A stretch of 64,000 nt of DNA from positions 5,542,944-5,606,943 of the forward strand of contig OZ316894.1 of assembly GCA_973895155.1 (NCBI GenBank), in the 5' to 3' direction. Source of the stretch: Marsupella aquatica (lineage: Eukaryota; Plantae; Marchantiophyta). This document shows, piece by piece, positions 24,831 to 39,021 of this stretch (position 1 is the stretch's first letter; each line of letters opens with the position of its first letter). Both the position numbers and the translations under genes were made by a program. The notes under the pieces were generated by a model. The model was not told the origin of the DNA, made no database searches, and saw only the letters and a list, made by a program, of their open reading frames with translations.

Positions 24831-27800
24831 TGTGATTCTTCATTTCATGCAGCTCAATCATGCAAATACAGAGCAAATAAGATTTGATTAATTCAATCCT
24901 TGTTTCTTCAGCAATGTCCGGAACCTCGGTGAAGGGACATTAAGGCCCATGTATATTTTTAGTAGTCAGCTAGGAGGGTGCCCATTTGAGATTGTAAATT
25001 AATTTTCTTGTCGATCTTCAACTTTCATGTCATTTGTTTCGTCAGTTTTCCAATCGATAGTCATCAGAATACACGAACCGTACCATGGAAAACTGTCTGA
25101 TTTCGTGCGAACGATTCTTGCTGTTCATTCTTCACGGGTTCTTTGAAAACGACAGAACTTTCCTTTGGCTATTATCTCTCTCGTACTCGGGAGGGTAGAG
25201 GAGATGGAATGGCATGGCTTGCGTAACGTTGGATTTCGAATCCTACCACAGCATTGGTCGACGTCACCTCTGCTGTCTGAAGTATCTCGTCTGCAACTCC
25301 ACTAGACGATGCTACGATGCTTGTCTGGTGACGAGAAAGTAGAGACTATGACGCACTTTGTGTCGATCTAAATGTAGCTACCACTACAATGTGAGGAAGT
25401 TGACACCACCTCGTTAGTGAGGAAATATCACCTATGAATTTATGTAGCTTGCATGACGCTGCTCTAAAAACCTGAACTCTATTTAACACCTCCCCGCGGG
25501 TCGAACACCTCTTAAGGAAGGCAAATTGTGGTGAGTAAATTTAATGGGTAGCTTCGATAATTGCTCTCTGAGATCATGCGTGATCTCTCAGCCGTCTTCC
25601 GATCTCTCTACCCACCGAAGTATCTCCTTCCTGTTGGTCGTATGGCATATATACATCATTACGGTGGACTTTGATCTCTTCGTAAATCGCACTTAGACAC
25701 GACTCTCGGGTACTGGAAGTGTGGTTTCTATTATCTGAATTCCTTGTCTCGAGCAAAGTAGTCGAGTCTGAATGTGGGAGGGTCTAGTGCTTTTGGCCTA
25801 TATTTCATGTTTCTGCCCAATCATGCTCTTGAAAACATTCATGACGATTAAAAAATTGTGCATATCCAAGGTCAAAAGAGAAACTCCGAGGTAAGTTTGG
25901 ATTGCAAGTCAGGACTATGGTGGCGTGGTGATCCTTCTCTAAGCCCCCAATTGTAGTCAAGTATCTTGCATGCAGCTAGCACCGTCAACATGCACCATGT
26001 CGATATGGATTTCAACCCAGAAACTTATGTGGGCTGATCTGCTATGCAAAATAGAGGGGACAATTCTCAGCTCATATAAAATATGTACATAAACGATGGC
26101 TGCCAGTTCCAGCCTCCCTACCACTTGTGAATGAAGCTATTCTACAAGTACAAGAGAGATTTCTCAAGTGGGACCTTGGTTTAAAACTTCAAACTAAGTC
26201 ACGAAGGTGTTGACCACCCGAACTATAAAACTCCTTGCGCTGGCGATAGGACTCGATGGCCAGTGAACGCATTTTTTCTCGCATCACAGCATGGGCATTC
26301 CGTAGTTTCCTTTATCTTTCACCTGCACTCAGATATAACAGCAACAGACCGTCATTTGTGTGTGAAGTGAAAGGACGCCAAGGAGATTGAGCAAGAACTT
26401 CGGATTGCCTGGGACGATTGTTTATGGATTACGGTCATTTACAAAGTTCGTAGCATCAAGTTATGTGTGGATCGTCAATAACACAAAGAAAGTGAGAATC
26501 GAAAACAAAGTAGCTGGTAACCGATCTGTAGGAGGAGAGAACTTACAGGACATCGGCCACGGTCCAGAATTCGATCGAGTACACCATGTCCACAATTGAA
26601 CTACACAATTCACTTATGAGGCAAAACATCTGACCAGAGCCGCTGCCAGTGTCCCACAACTTCCTTAACTTCATTAGTTCGAACGGAGTAGTCTGATGGC
26701 AAAATTAATGATTGACTTACCTAGAGTAGTGAATCAACGTTATGCTACTCTATTGCATGGCAGAAACGGACATAATACACAGACCAAAACATCCATTTTG
26801 ACCTTTGCAATTGGGAGAGATATGGTTGATGAACCTCTAAACTGGAAGTCTCTCAGAGCCCTTGGGAGAGATATAGTTCATGAACGTCTAAATTGGAGAG
26901 TATTACTTGATGCATCCCATCATGAGATTTTGGGTACATTGATTTGAGTTATATTAACAGACTGGTCACTCATGGGGTCCAACAACTAACACTTCGTTTA
27001 GGGGGTAGATCCATCAGTATAATTATCTCTTTTGTAAAGTGATTTTTGTCTCAGTCTTTGTATTTTAGAGTGCATTAATTTCACATAATGCCTCACTCCT
27101 TTTTGAGGGGGGGATTATGGGAAGGACCAAAAATCTAGTATATTCTAAAAGAGAGAAGATAGTTCAATACAACAAAATAAAGATTGTCGAACATTTGGAG
27201 ATTGTATCCACATTCTAATATATGAGTATAAGTGGCCATTCAGCAAAATACTTGATGGGCCCCGTCTAGTTAAAGATATCCCTGACCAGCCCCTCACTTT
27301 TCAAATATACTTAGTGGGGCCCCTTGTCCCTACGACCCTAAGTTCTCATGACCATGTCATTATTTTTCATTTGTTTTAATCTACTTCTCTAATATGCAAT
27401 GCAAAAAGTTCTTTTGTATGCTTACAAAATTCAGAAATGGAGGGAACAAACCTGAGTGAACTGTTGGATTGTTTTAAATATTTTTGTGTGCTCCTGGATT
27501 GATTGACCAGGTATGTCAAATGATATGTTTATTTTAATATATATCACAGAGCCCAAGGGAAAAAAATGCCAAACCTCGAGACAAGATCCCAAAGGCAAAG
27601 CAACCCAAAGAAGGGGAGCAAAATATGGGAAAAGGCCCCAAGAAAAACAAGCTAAAGGTTCCCAAATTCTAATAGTAAAAGACAGAATATATGAGATGAC
27701 ACTTATTTGACTTCGTATATGAGGTTGATACTTATGTGACATCACCCTCAGATGTGTCTTTTTCTTCAAGTATGAAATCACACACGTTGGAAGGAGAATC

Positions 27801-27905
27801 TTTTGGGGTATGAAATTATTTGGATTTTTGCATAGAGTATGAGACTCTAAGGAAAATGGGTTAATTTTGCTTCACTCGCTAGCTTTTCTTTTCTTCTCTA
27901 TACTT

Positions 27906-30871
27906 TTTTATTTTATTTTTAAATTTTAACTTTTATTCCGCGTGAACCGCACGGATGGGGGAACCAGGAAGGCCAAAAGGCGGCAGGCCATCCAGGGCGG
28001 AATGAAAAACAAAGCAATGCCGCAACAACAACAGAGCAGTATACTAGCCTAGGGATTCCCATCTGAGTAACAGAGCAACATAGCTCAGGTTCAGACCAGA
28101 TACTTCACAGATTGGGATCCAACAGTGCTTAGATTATCCTAGTACAATCCCTTTTACTATGATGAAACCTCTGTCCAACAGTATACTATCAAGCATAGAA
28201 CAATTCCTAGTTAACCATCTCATATGCTACATCTCCAAAAAGAACACAAGTCAGTGAGTGACAGTGCAACGTACACCACTCCGGAGAATCCTATTCTGTT
28301 CCATAGTCAAGATCGAGATAGCTTGAGTAAGTCGTCTGTGCTTCTTGCCGTGGACTGAGGATACAACTACTGCGTTCAGGTGATCAAGGGTCTCAGAGAA
28401 GATCAACAGTTGATCGAACACCCTCAACTTGGACCAGTCAAAGGTCTGAGAGTTCCGCGCAAGCCATAAGCTCCATAGTGATTGATACAATAGGAAAAGA
28501 CACAATGTAGTCAGAGGTTCCTTCCTTGTAGTGGAGTGAAGCATACCAATGATAGACAAAGGGCCTAGGTCTAAAGCACCAAGCAGCCAGCATCTGATCA
28601 CCCTCCAACAGCAGAGCGCATGTCTCCAATAAAGGAAAATGTGGGGGATAGTTTCCATCCACACAAAGAGTACAAGTTCCATCTGATTTAGACATCCTCA
28701 ATGCCCTGGAACCTGAGAAAAGCCATTGTGCCAGTATCCTCCATACAAAAGTTTTTGCCTTAGTAGAGAAATCAGCCGTCCACACCACTGTCCAAACTCT
28801 ACACTAGGCAGCCTTAGTCAGGGTTTCATTCCAGATCCGGTTGAGCCGGCAGAAATCAGAGCCCTTGGGGCGGAGCATTTCATACACCCGACTGTTAGAT
28901 AGCTTAAAACAATGGGGCACAATGGCCTTATCTAACCATCTCCATTGCCTAGCCATTGAGTCAAATGCACGTCCCCGGAAAACAGATTGGTGAATTTCCC
29001 AGATAAAAGCAAGTGTCCCTTGCTTCGCCTCCCAGGAAAATCCCCTGAACCGTAAGATGAGATCAGTCAAAGGTTTCCACTCTCCGTCTGCTTGAGACCA
29101 TAGATCCGCAACAGTGCGGGATCCCAGACGGCCACAGATCTTAACTATCTCAAGTATGTTAGACTCAGGGAGATCATAGAAGCCAATCATACTACGTAGC
29201 AGGTCCTCCATACCCCAGTGACCAGGGATAGCAAAAACTCCCGGAGCAAAAATAAGGTTGGCTTGCACAAGTTCCCAAGCAGTCCACAGTTGACCAGTGT
29301 AAATAAATTTCCCAAAAGAACGTGGGGTGCTGAGTAGCATCTTGTCCGACATCGAGTACCTATTCCTGCGGATCGTCTTGTAGTTCCTCCATTTTATTAG
29401 AGTAAGATTCTCAGCATACAGAGAAGCCCATTCAGATGACGGGTGGTCAAGAGCATTTGTGAACCACGTACTTGCTTAGAAGAACATCCGAATGGCTTCG
29501 GAACTCTTTCAGATCCAGGCCCCCTTCCAACTTGGGGCGAGTAAGCTTCTCCCATGCCACCAGCGGAACACGTATGCCCCCCAGCACATTAGTGCCCCAT
29601 AGAAAGATTCTGCTTAGAGCAATCAGTTTCTTGGTCAAAACCTTCGGTGACCGCAGGAACATCATGTGGTATACCGGAATGGCCTGGAGGACATGTTTCA
29701 CCAGGAGCAATCTGCCAGTAAAGGATAAGAAACGTGTAGACCATGAAGAGAGCCTGGCCCCAATACGATCAAGACAGAAACAATGGAGTTGACTCTCAGA
29801 TAATCCAATCCCGAAGGGTGCACCTACGTACTTTTGCACCATGTCGGGTTCACTGATAAAACACCCTGTGTCCTTCAACCAATCTGGGATCACATCAACA
29901 GAAAAAGGAATAACAATAGATTTCTTCAAATTGAGCTTAGCTCCCGTTGCCAACTCATAGCACTAGATTGCATCTTGGGCTTGATTGAAAGCTACTTCCG
30001 TAGCAGGGATAAAAAGTCCTAAATCATCCGCAAAAAGTCGAAAGTAGATATTCAGAAACTGAGAGACCTGGATGCCTTGGAGCCTGCCAGCATTGATTTC
30101 AGCACTGAAAAAATCCATCAACGATTGTGTCAAAATGGCAAAGAGAAGGGGGGACAAGGGGCAGCCCTGTCGCACACCCCAAAGCATACGGACATCAGCA
30201 GTCCAGAGCCCATTGACGAGGACCTTAGAGCTTGCATTACTGAGGAGCAATTTAACTAGGATAAAATGTGGGCCAAGTCCCAGAAGGTGCATCGTTTCCC
30301 AGATGTAGGAGTGGTCTACTCGATCAAAAGCTTTTTCAAAATCTAGTTTAAGAAAGAGAGCAGGAGTTCCTGTGTAGCTAAGCCAGTCGTTCATTAACCA
30401 AGTGAGGCAAATGTTTTCTAAGATATGTTGACCTGGGATAAATCCTGTTTGCTGAGGATTGATTATCTTAGGGAGAAGCACCTTCAGTCTCACAGCCATC
30501 ACTTTAGCCAAGATTTTGTACATGGTGACCGTCAGCATAGTTAAAGGACGCCAATCGCTCAGTTTCCTCTTGTCAGTCTTCTTGGGGATAAATCGAATCA
30601 CCCCATCTTTGATGCAGTGTGCCAGTTCTCCAGTCCACCAAAACTCACCGACCATGCTGTGAATATCAACCTTCATGAATTCCCAGCAGCTCTTGAAAAC
30701 CTCAGCTGTCAACCCGTCCACACCTGGGGCTTTGTCAACGGGCAGCAGCATCAATGTTTCATGTAATTCCTGTATGGATGGAAGTTCTGCAAGTTTCCGG
30801 GTCTCAAATGCAGAATGGGCAAAATGAGTGTGGCTGCTCAGCCTCCTGCGGGCAGCCATACTCTTGCTCAA
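27906..30871 (-). mobile_element. 5'-truncated L1-clade LINE (RT + zf-RVT, frameshifted)
   Basis: RT motifs KAPGVDG, WRPLTML, QTGFIPG, LKLDFEKAFDRV, GVRQGCPLSPLLF, LFADD; downstream VAWEKLTRPKLEGGL and FVWRI. A-rich tail at about 27906-27937. 17-bp TSD TTTTCTTCTCTATACTT (27889-27905 / 30872-30888). Confidence 0.93.
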
Positions 30872-32054
30872 TTTTCTTCTCTATACTTAATTGTTCATTT
30901 TCTGGTTTATTTAATGGTGGCAAGGTAAGAAAGAGGGGGGGGGGGGGGGGGGGCGGGGGGGGGGGAGGGGAGAATGGAGTGGCCAAGGAGTGAAGAAATA
31001 GGAATACGAGGGAGCAAAAAATTTCCCTCCTAATAGTATTGCACCTTGACCCGCAAAGTCTCCCTCTCACCCTTCCACATCATTCTTTGCTCTCCCCAAC
31101 AACATAGCTTTCACCACAACACCTTTTTCCAAAATAAAATAAATGCAAAAATAAAGGCAACTGATTTTACATTTTTGGATCAATGTCCCAAATTTTGTCA
31201 TTCTATCTAAACCTCCAACATTCTTTAAAATAAAGTTTTTGTTGGGGTACAATCTCCAACTGAATCCCCTTCTCACTCGGGTGATGTTTATATAGAATGT
31301 ATGAGGGCCGGGGTTACAAGATTTCTAACTAGGATTAGGTGTAACCCTGGTAACTTAACTAAGGTATTATAACAGTTTTCAAAAGAATGCATCTTTAATG
31401 AAGGCCACTAAGATCAAGCTCCCAACACTGTTTTTCCACAAGATTTGTCATGATTGACATGCCCCAGGTTCATCTCTATTAGTCTGACTTGTGCCCTAAT
31501 CCTTTCCCCTGTTGGGAGCCCAGCTCTTTGCCCCCATTTGCATATTTTGTCCCCACTTTTGATCCATCTTTGTATCATCAACAATAAAGATTTCTTGCCC
31601 AACTCTTGCCCATGTACTCTCACCACCCATTTGAGCCTTATTCAACAATATTGTTAATTTGTGCTGACTTGAATTACATTATTTGATTACATAATTTAAT
31701 GTGCTATTTTGAACAAGATCTGCACATGGACAACACTTCTCATATGAAACTCGCAAGGAAGAATTATGGCAAATCCAATATTCTCAGTTTGATCCATCTA
31801 AAAACCCCAACCTTTAATCAGCAGTTCTTTAATTTACCTATGCTTGGCATGCATGTAGGGCTCGGCAACAACATGGCCGCAAGAATGGCATAGCCGAAAC
31901 ACCCTCATGACCGGAGTCAATGACTGCATCGCCGTAAAGACAACCCCGATGACAACATGGTCCCAACAACATTTGGGATGTCTTAACAACTTTCTTGCAT
32001 TGCTTGCATTTTGTTGCATTGTCTACATTTATTTGGCTTACTTGCATTTTTTTT

Positions 32055-32607
32055 GAATTTTTTGCCTCGCCTCAACATGTTCACCTTACCCCAACATCTT
32101 TGCCTCAATGCATCATACATCTACACTTGCCTCAACATTTTTGCTTTCTCTCATCTTGACATCTTTGCCTCGTCTAAACATCTTTTTCTTATCTCAAAAT
32201 GTTTTTATCTCCTCCACATCTTTTGCTCACCTCAACATTTTTTCTTTCCAATTTTTTTCTCATCTCAACATTGTTTTCTCTCCGATAGCTTTCATCACCT
32301 CAACATGATCTTTTCTCTCCTGACATCTTTTATAACCTCAACATTTTTTCTCACCTTGACATCTTTTGCGTTGACATATTTTCTCACCTCAAAATCTTTT
32401 TCTCATCTCAACATCTTTTTCCTCCTCACAACTTTTGCTCACCTAGTGACAGACATCTTTTCTCTCCTTAACATGTCTTATCACCTTGACATCTTTAAAT
32501 TTTCTCACCTTGACATCTTTTTTCTCCTTGACATTTTTTATCACCTTGAAATCTCCTTTCTCCTTGAATTCTCATCTCTCCTCAACACCTTTTATCATCT
32601 CAACATC
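32055..32607. repeat. Degenerate pyrimidine-rich tandem array with a unit of about 20 bp
   Basis: Recurrent TCTCACCT(C/T)(A/G)ACATCTTTT. The family A host element is inserted at an ACATC of this array. Confidence 0.8.
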
Positions 32608-33774
32608 TGTGACGGGGTCCCTGTCCCCAAAGACCAACCTTAATTGGTTAGAGAGTGTCTTTCATTGAAATAAGCCACATGTAGATAACCTATTTCCAAC
32701 TTAATTTTTATTTTCATAACTAAGTTAATGAGAGGATTCTGTGTGTTCACAGTGTGCACTAGAGGGTCGGCGCACTTGGAGTCGGGGAGTAACTCAATTT
32801 TTCTTTATGGTCCCTTGGGTCACTTTGGGGTTGGCCATGCTGGGAAGATAGAGTTAGTTTTCTTTATGGAGTACCCCAACTTAGTTTTTTTAATCCCAGA
32901 AGTTTGAATCTTGAGTGTGGGAGGAGCTTTTTGGGGGGTTTAAAACCCCATTTGTAAAGAGCGAGGTCTGGTGGGGGGGGGGGGGGGGGGTGGGCATAAG
33001 GGGCAGCCATGGGGCCGCCACATGGAATCCCGGAAGGGAGTTCATAAGGAGGCCTGGGTGGAGCCCCGTCAGGGGTAAGCGAGCCAGAGGGAGGCCCGAG
33101 AGGAAAGAGCCTCGTAAGGGCCCCGGCAGCCCAACAAAGCGAGCTGGAGGACGGGGTGAGCCCCGCATAGGGCGGCGAGCCGGCGCCAGGGCGAAGGGGC
33201 AGCAAGGGGGTGGGGAATTCAATCCCCCATTCTTGGGGACGCCTCGGGAGCCGGAGGCATGCCCATAGGGCCCCGGGCCATTCCAGGGGAGGCATTAAAG
33301 CCTGGGAGGCAGGTGGCCCCTGGGCCCTCTGTCTTAACTAATACATGGACCAAGGACGTGCGAACGCTCGAAGGGTAATTTTTATTCATTTTGAACTATA
33401 ATTATTACCAATAATAAGGGAACTTTTAATAGTAAAATGGAAATAACAAGGGGTAAACAGGAAAAGGGCTCGATCGCAGGGGGGTCCATTTCTTTTACAC
33501 GGTGTGAGGGCCCAGAGCAGGTGGCAAGCCGGGGATTAAAATCCCCCAAACCTGGGAGTGCAGGTACGAGGGAGGAGGCCTGGGGAGTAAATCCCTCGAT
33601 CCCAGGGAGTCTTGGGATTCAGGACGAAAGACAAGATCAAGGCTCATAATGAGCCTCTTGTACCGTTTTAGCCGCCCGCTGCCTGACTGTTTTTCGGTGT
33701 CACACTTTTTCTAAGTGTGACAAGAGTGTGAATGATCCCCACTTTTGGGTGGGGTGAATGACAAAAGCTTCTAT

Positions 33775-33848
33775 TGTCAGTGACCAGATTCGAACCTGGG
33801 ACCTGCTGCATCCCAAAGCAGCTCCTCTACCAACTAGCCTTGAGGCAG
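33775..33848 (-). ncRNA. Degenerate tRNA(Pro-TGG)-like sequence or SINE head
   Basis: Minus strand shows A-box-like GCTAGTTGGTAGAG, anticodon-like arm CTGCT-TTGGGA-TGCAG and B-box GGTTCGAATC. The acceptor stem does not pair, so it is not a functional tRNA. Confidence 0.55.
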
Positions 33849-35790
33849 TTGGTGTCCACATTGATTCGCTCTTGGTATTTAACTAGATATTAATGTTAGA
33901 AATACTGGGCAGCGGGCCGTCACGTACGGGGTTAATAAAGGCTAATCGCATTGATTAGCCTCAATCTTGCCTTTTGTTCTTAATGTCTTGGGGGGGCAAT
34001 TAGAAGCTCCAGGGACCAGGGGAGCAAGTCAGGAGGGGCCGGCCATAAAAGGGCGCCCATAGGGCTGCGAGCCGGAGGGAGGCAAGCCAGTGGCAGAAGG
34101 AGAAGTTGGGGGGGCCATTAATGCTCCCCATTACCGTGGGGCTCCTCGCACCTGGCCGAGAGAGACCTCCAAGGAGCAGGTACAAAGGGGAGGAACAAGA
34201 ATTAAGCCCCGGCTCCTGGGAGGCAGGTTAGTAGGGCAGTTACAAAAAGAGAGGAGGAGCGAGTGAAGGGGAAGGGGGGAGCATTAATCCCCTGATCCTG
34301 GGGAAGCAGGTAGAGGCCATTAGAGGAAGCCGCGAGCGGGAGCGATTATAATTAAGGCCGGGAGGGTTTTGGGTTTGAAACACATTCTTTCCTTCCCATT
34401 TTGGAAAGCATTTTTTTCCTCTCCCCACTGCCAAAAGCTCCCTTCCTCCTCCCACATTTCCAAAAGCATTTTCTTTTTCTCCCTCACATTTTTGAAAGCG
34501 CTCCCTTGAGGGACCTTAAGTGTTCATTGTGGTTGGGGTCCTTGTGACGACATCATTTGGGTGCTCTTGATGGAGAAGTGGAGGCAACCCGAGATTCATT
34601 ACGGAGGCTGTTCGGGCCAGGGAAAACGGGAATTGACGGCCTGGTTGTGGGCATTCAATCGTGTCACGGGGATTTTTTGGGCCAAGGATTGCATTGGGCT
34701 ACGGGTGATAGGAGAAATTGCTGTGAACTGAATGTGAATGAGATTGTTGTTGGAGAAGCGGGAGTTTAGTGCAGCCTGTATCCGTAGATACAAGGCCGCT
34801 TACCAGGACTACGTTGCATCACGGATTGCTGATCGAAGAGAGAAAAGAGAGACTAGCAGCAATGAGTACCGGACCGGCACCCGTAACGCATCCGTTGCGA
34901 GGAAGGTTTTTTGTAGAGTGTACCCCAGGAATTTTGCCAAGGTGATGGAGCAAGGAGATATTCCAGGCCACCAGTCTCATGGATTTCATGAGGGTGGAGA
35001 TCAGAATTCCCCCGGGTAGGAGTTGGGACATTCAGGCGGGCATTCAGGCAAGAATGGAGTACGTTGCGGATGGAGGGGATACACTTTCAATGCACACGAT
35101 GTTTGATCCCAACACCAAACTAGCCCAATTACTGTTTCTCGATAACCAAGACTTCTCATTTCAGCCGGTGGATCCACCAGGGGTACTCACATTGGAGAAG
35201 CTTGCGGAGGTGGTGAAGGATCCTACCTCTGTTACCAACATTCCCTTCTCATCCTTTACGGAACCAGGGTACAAGGGATTTGTGGCCAAGATACACCAAT
35301 GGGTGCTTTGCCGTGGCCAATCCGAAGTGGTAAGTGGGGATCAGTTGGCTATTGCCAATGACATCAGAAAACCTCCAAAACATGCCTACGGATGGTGGTA
35401 CTTTGGATTAAAGAAAGTGTTGGCCCTGGATCCCAAGAGTGTGAAACCCGGGGGAAGTATCCATTTGATGGGATCCTTTCCCTTGGCTAGAGCAGAGGGA
35501 CTCAGCCTCCCACCAAAAGGAGAAACCATGCCACCATTCACCACGGAGATCCGTAAGATAATCACTACCATCTTGGGAGACTTGACTAGGGAGCCATATA
35601 TCATCTGAGGCCGCAACAAAGCAAATTATGGAGGAGGACCCCGAGGAGGATGGCACGATGGAATGGCTGGAGTCACTTGTGGGGAATCCGAAGGAGCCAC
35701 TTGATTACAATTTTCCGGGCATATACTTGGCTGAGTTACAAGATTTCCGTGAGGGAGTGCAAGAGGGGCTAAAGCTATGCCTGACCTTGA

Positions 35791-36151
35791 TGTTAGATAT
35801 TGCTCTAGTCTTGTGACTCATGAGCTAACCACAGTTAGTCTAACTCGGGTTAGGACTTAGCTAATGTTAGGACTTAGCTAATGTTAGCGCTAGTGCTATT
35901 GTGCATATAGCCAGGGCTGATGCCAGACCCTGGTGGAACTTAGGCTCATTGTTACGGAGCTAGTTGAGAGATAGGGAGAGCTTGTGCTGTGTATGCTTGG
36001 TATGGCCGATCGGCCTAGAGTGCAGTAAAGCTCTTGTGTGTTCCCGTGGACGTAGCCTCATGTGGAGGTGAACCACGTATCTCTCTGTGTCGACTATTGT
36101 GCGTTGGATGGTTCATGGGCTTGCCGTTGCGAATGTCGTCTATGCTCAACA
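35791..36151. mobile_element. 361-bp solo LTR (family C)
   Basis: TGTTAG...CTCAACA with exact TSD CTTGA (35786-35790 / 36152-36156). Its 3' half matches 61500-61645. Confidence 0.88.
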
Positions 36152-37199
36152 CTTGAGAGATGCTCTCAACCAAGCAAATGCCAAGGTGGGGACTAATATG
36201 CTGGTGAGTACCCATGTATTGAAGGATATCATCAAGGCTAAGGAGGAGACGATCCAAGAGAGGAGTAGTGTCACCTGCTTATCAAACGATTTACATGACA
36301 AATACGTATTTACTCCTAATAAAATCGTTTGTTATCGTATGACGGGAACGTGGAGGGACGCTATTAGGATTCTATTGCATGTAGGATGAGTATGTTTATT
36401 TCCGCTCCCAGAAATGTAGTTTTTGATCAAGTCTACCGACTAGTCCCGCTGCTTTTGATCAAGCCCCATGGACTACACCACACACACACTCCTACTGGTC
36501 GTTGGTGGAGTGCTGTCACCACCCCCCCCACTCACATGGTTGACCAATCCGTGCAAATATTCCTTAGACACTTCTTGGGAAAGAACACAAGCGTGAGCCG
36601 GAAATAATAACGCCACACCAAAACTTGAGGAATCAAACCAAATCCATATCTTTTGGCAAAAAGTGGTAACACATTGCAAGGACAACCCGGCCTCCTGCCA
36701 TCTGCCCAACTCCTGCCTCATTGGGGCAAGCGCTACACCTCTACCTCACTACTCTGGCTTGAATTCCCCTTCTGGCTATGAGCTAACTTCCCTAACACCA
36801 ACACTAGACTGAGTTCCCCCCGTTTCACTACGGGGCTCCCCCCTAAATACTGAAAAAACACCAAAGCACCCCTCACGGAGTGGCAACAACGGCGGCAACC
36901 CTAGCGACGCCGCCAAAAACATCTAAGAGATAAACTAACCTAAAGCGTGCGGCACACACACGCTGTGAAAAACCCTAGCCCACTACGGTACCAGCGGTGC
37001 CTTCGCCGGTACTAACATCCAATCCGTAGTGCATGAAAGCAAGGGCCCTACACTAGTTTGAAACTGGGAATTACTCCCACTACTCACTAAAGGAACAAGG
37101 TAGCCCTCACTAGTCTTCACCAGGCTCACTTACTGAACCAGGGCTCCACCACTTGGAATCCTCACCTCCACTAGTAATGATGAGGGTGATGAAATGTTG

Positions 37200-37286
37200 G
37201 TACCGTGACTAGCTGATACGGTGGCACCGTGACCAGCGGATACGGTGGCACCATGACTAGCAGATACGGTGGCACCGTGACCAGCT
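37200..37286. repeat. 24-bp tandem repeat, about 3.5 copies
   Basis: GGCACCGTGAC(C/T)AGC.GATACGGT repeated. Confidence 0.8.
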
Positions 37287-38300
37287 TGGGTTTCCCGTGA
37301 TGACTTACAGGTCTACCGCAACTGTTTCTCCAACATCTTACTCTTCTCCTTCTCCTTCTCACTCATGGTGCCCTGGGTTGAGCCCCGTGAGTTGGTCTCC
37401 TCATCGCTCTCCATTGGAGTGGATACCACTCCGCTAAACAAGGACTCACTTGAGTCCACCACCTCCTATCCTATCTCTCTACCCTGCCTACCAGCCTCAA
37501 TCCTCCTGATCGCCACCACCGGTTCATTGTAAAAGGAGGGGGCCCCTATAATTGTTGAAACTAAAATTTTCTCAGAATTCACTTCTGAAAATACATTTGA
37601 GGAGCCCTCCTCTTCCTGATCACGGCTCCATAAACGGTGCACAAAACGGAGGTCAAACGACCAAGATATGATTGTTTAACTTTTCACGGGGCACCGTCTC
37701 CCTCCGTTTCGCCCGTACAACACCAGGGGCCCTGGCTTTGAAAAATACGGATCATGGTTTCCCCGTATGTGTTGCTACCTCCTCCTTCTCTTGCAAAGCT
37801 GGGACCTCCTGCCGTACGGACATCCGTACGGCCTCAAAACTCCCATATTCTCAAAAAACGCGATCTGTTGTATCTCCCCCGTCTTAGCTCCGTTTCGGCC
37901 GTGTGACACATCGTTGGATTCAGCTCGGCGGGCTCTTTCCAACAAGCCCGTAGACTCCTGATTTTGAGATGGTCAAAAATTTGATGTTTGTACAACCAGG
38001 GTCCGTAGAGACGTTGAAAGCATGCACAAGAGGGAAAGGGTTTAGGGTTTAGGTATGGATGGAAACCCCACAAGTGAGAATAGAGAAAAAGGGAATGAAG
38101 AAAGTGTGAGGGCCCCTTCTACGGTGGCCCTTCTACGGTGGGGAAGGGAAGGAGAGCAGAAAACATGTGAGGACCACACAAAGGGTGAAGGGGAACACAA
38201 GTGTGGGAACCCCTTCCTCTAAGGGCCCTCCCACCATCACTATTCCAAGATTGCCTAGTTTGTCGTTTTATGGGCATTGAGATTCCTCAAGATGTCACTG

Positions 38301-38310
38301 TTTTATATAG
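38301..38310 (-). promoter_or_regulatory. Candidate TATA box of family A copy 4
   Basis: Minus-strand CTATATAAAA lies about 450 bp from the 5' terminus, with pyrimidine-rich sequence further downstream (about 38030-38165). Confidence 0.45.
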
Positions 38311-39021
38311 ACCTAAAATTAACTAGAGAACCTCATTTTCGCATGGGGCTCATTGAGGGCTTCAAAATGAATCCAAACATGACCATGTTTAGAATAGTAC
38401 TAGCGCAGAAACGTCTGTTTTAAGTTTCAACGTTTTCTATATTTTGATCATTCTTCCCGTTTTGCGCCTTACGTGGAGCCTCCGACCAGCCCCCACCCCT
38501 CCAAGATGCCCACACCTTGGATCCAAGTCCTTGGGCTGCCTTGTGGCCTCCTTGTACCCCCTCAATGATTCCCTTGTCATCCATCACCGCCCAACACCCC
38601 TCTCTACTCCGGCCTCCGGTTGTCGCATCAATTTTTTTTAGGACTAACAAAATTAAAAATTTTGAAAACCAAACACCTTTGCTACACCTACTTGTCTTCC
38701 TACTCATATACGCAATTATAAGTCATGACTAAGTTACTACCGGGTTTGGGGCCCTGTCACAAGTAGATTACTGAAGGAGGCCAAGTTGGAATTTTTGAGG
38801 CTAGGGCAAAGAGGAGTGATACCTTGAGGTTGGGGAAGAGGAAGAGCCTCTACCCACCTAGTCCCACTTTCTCCCCCAATTTGGTTTCCAATGCCATTGA
38901 GATGGTGGTGAAGGAGGTGACTAAGAAGTACGGACCTAAGTTGGAAGTAGCAAGCCAGGAAGAGCACGAAGAAGTGAAAGAGATTGGAGAAGAAGTTGAG
39001 GGAGGTCCGTAAGTCATTACG

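Larger units (their letters stand above)
36269..38761 (-). mobile_element. Family A copy 4: 2.5-kb ORF-less derivative
   Basis: Plus-strand ends TGTCAC.. and ..GCCCTGTCACA with exact TSD AGTAG (36264-36268 / 38762-38766). The first ~800 bp align with 3027-3850 of copy 1. Confidence 0.88.

Noticed and set aside
32011-32643. 210-aa F/L/S/H-rich ORF
   Set aside because: It is a translation of the ~20-bp tandem array.
33775-33848. Functional tRNA-Pro gene
   Set aside because: The acceptor stem does not pair and the T-stem is imperfect; it is kept only as tRNA-like.
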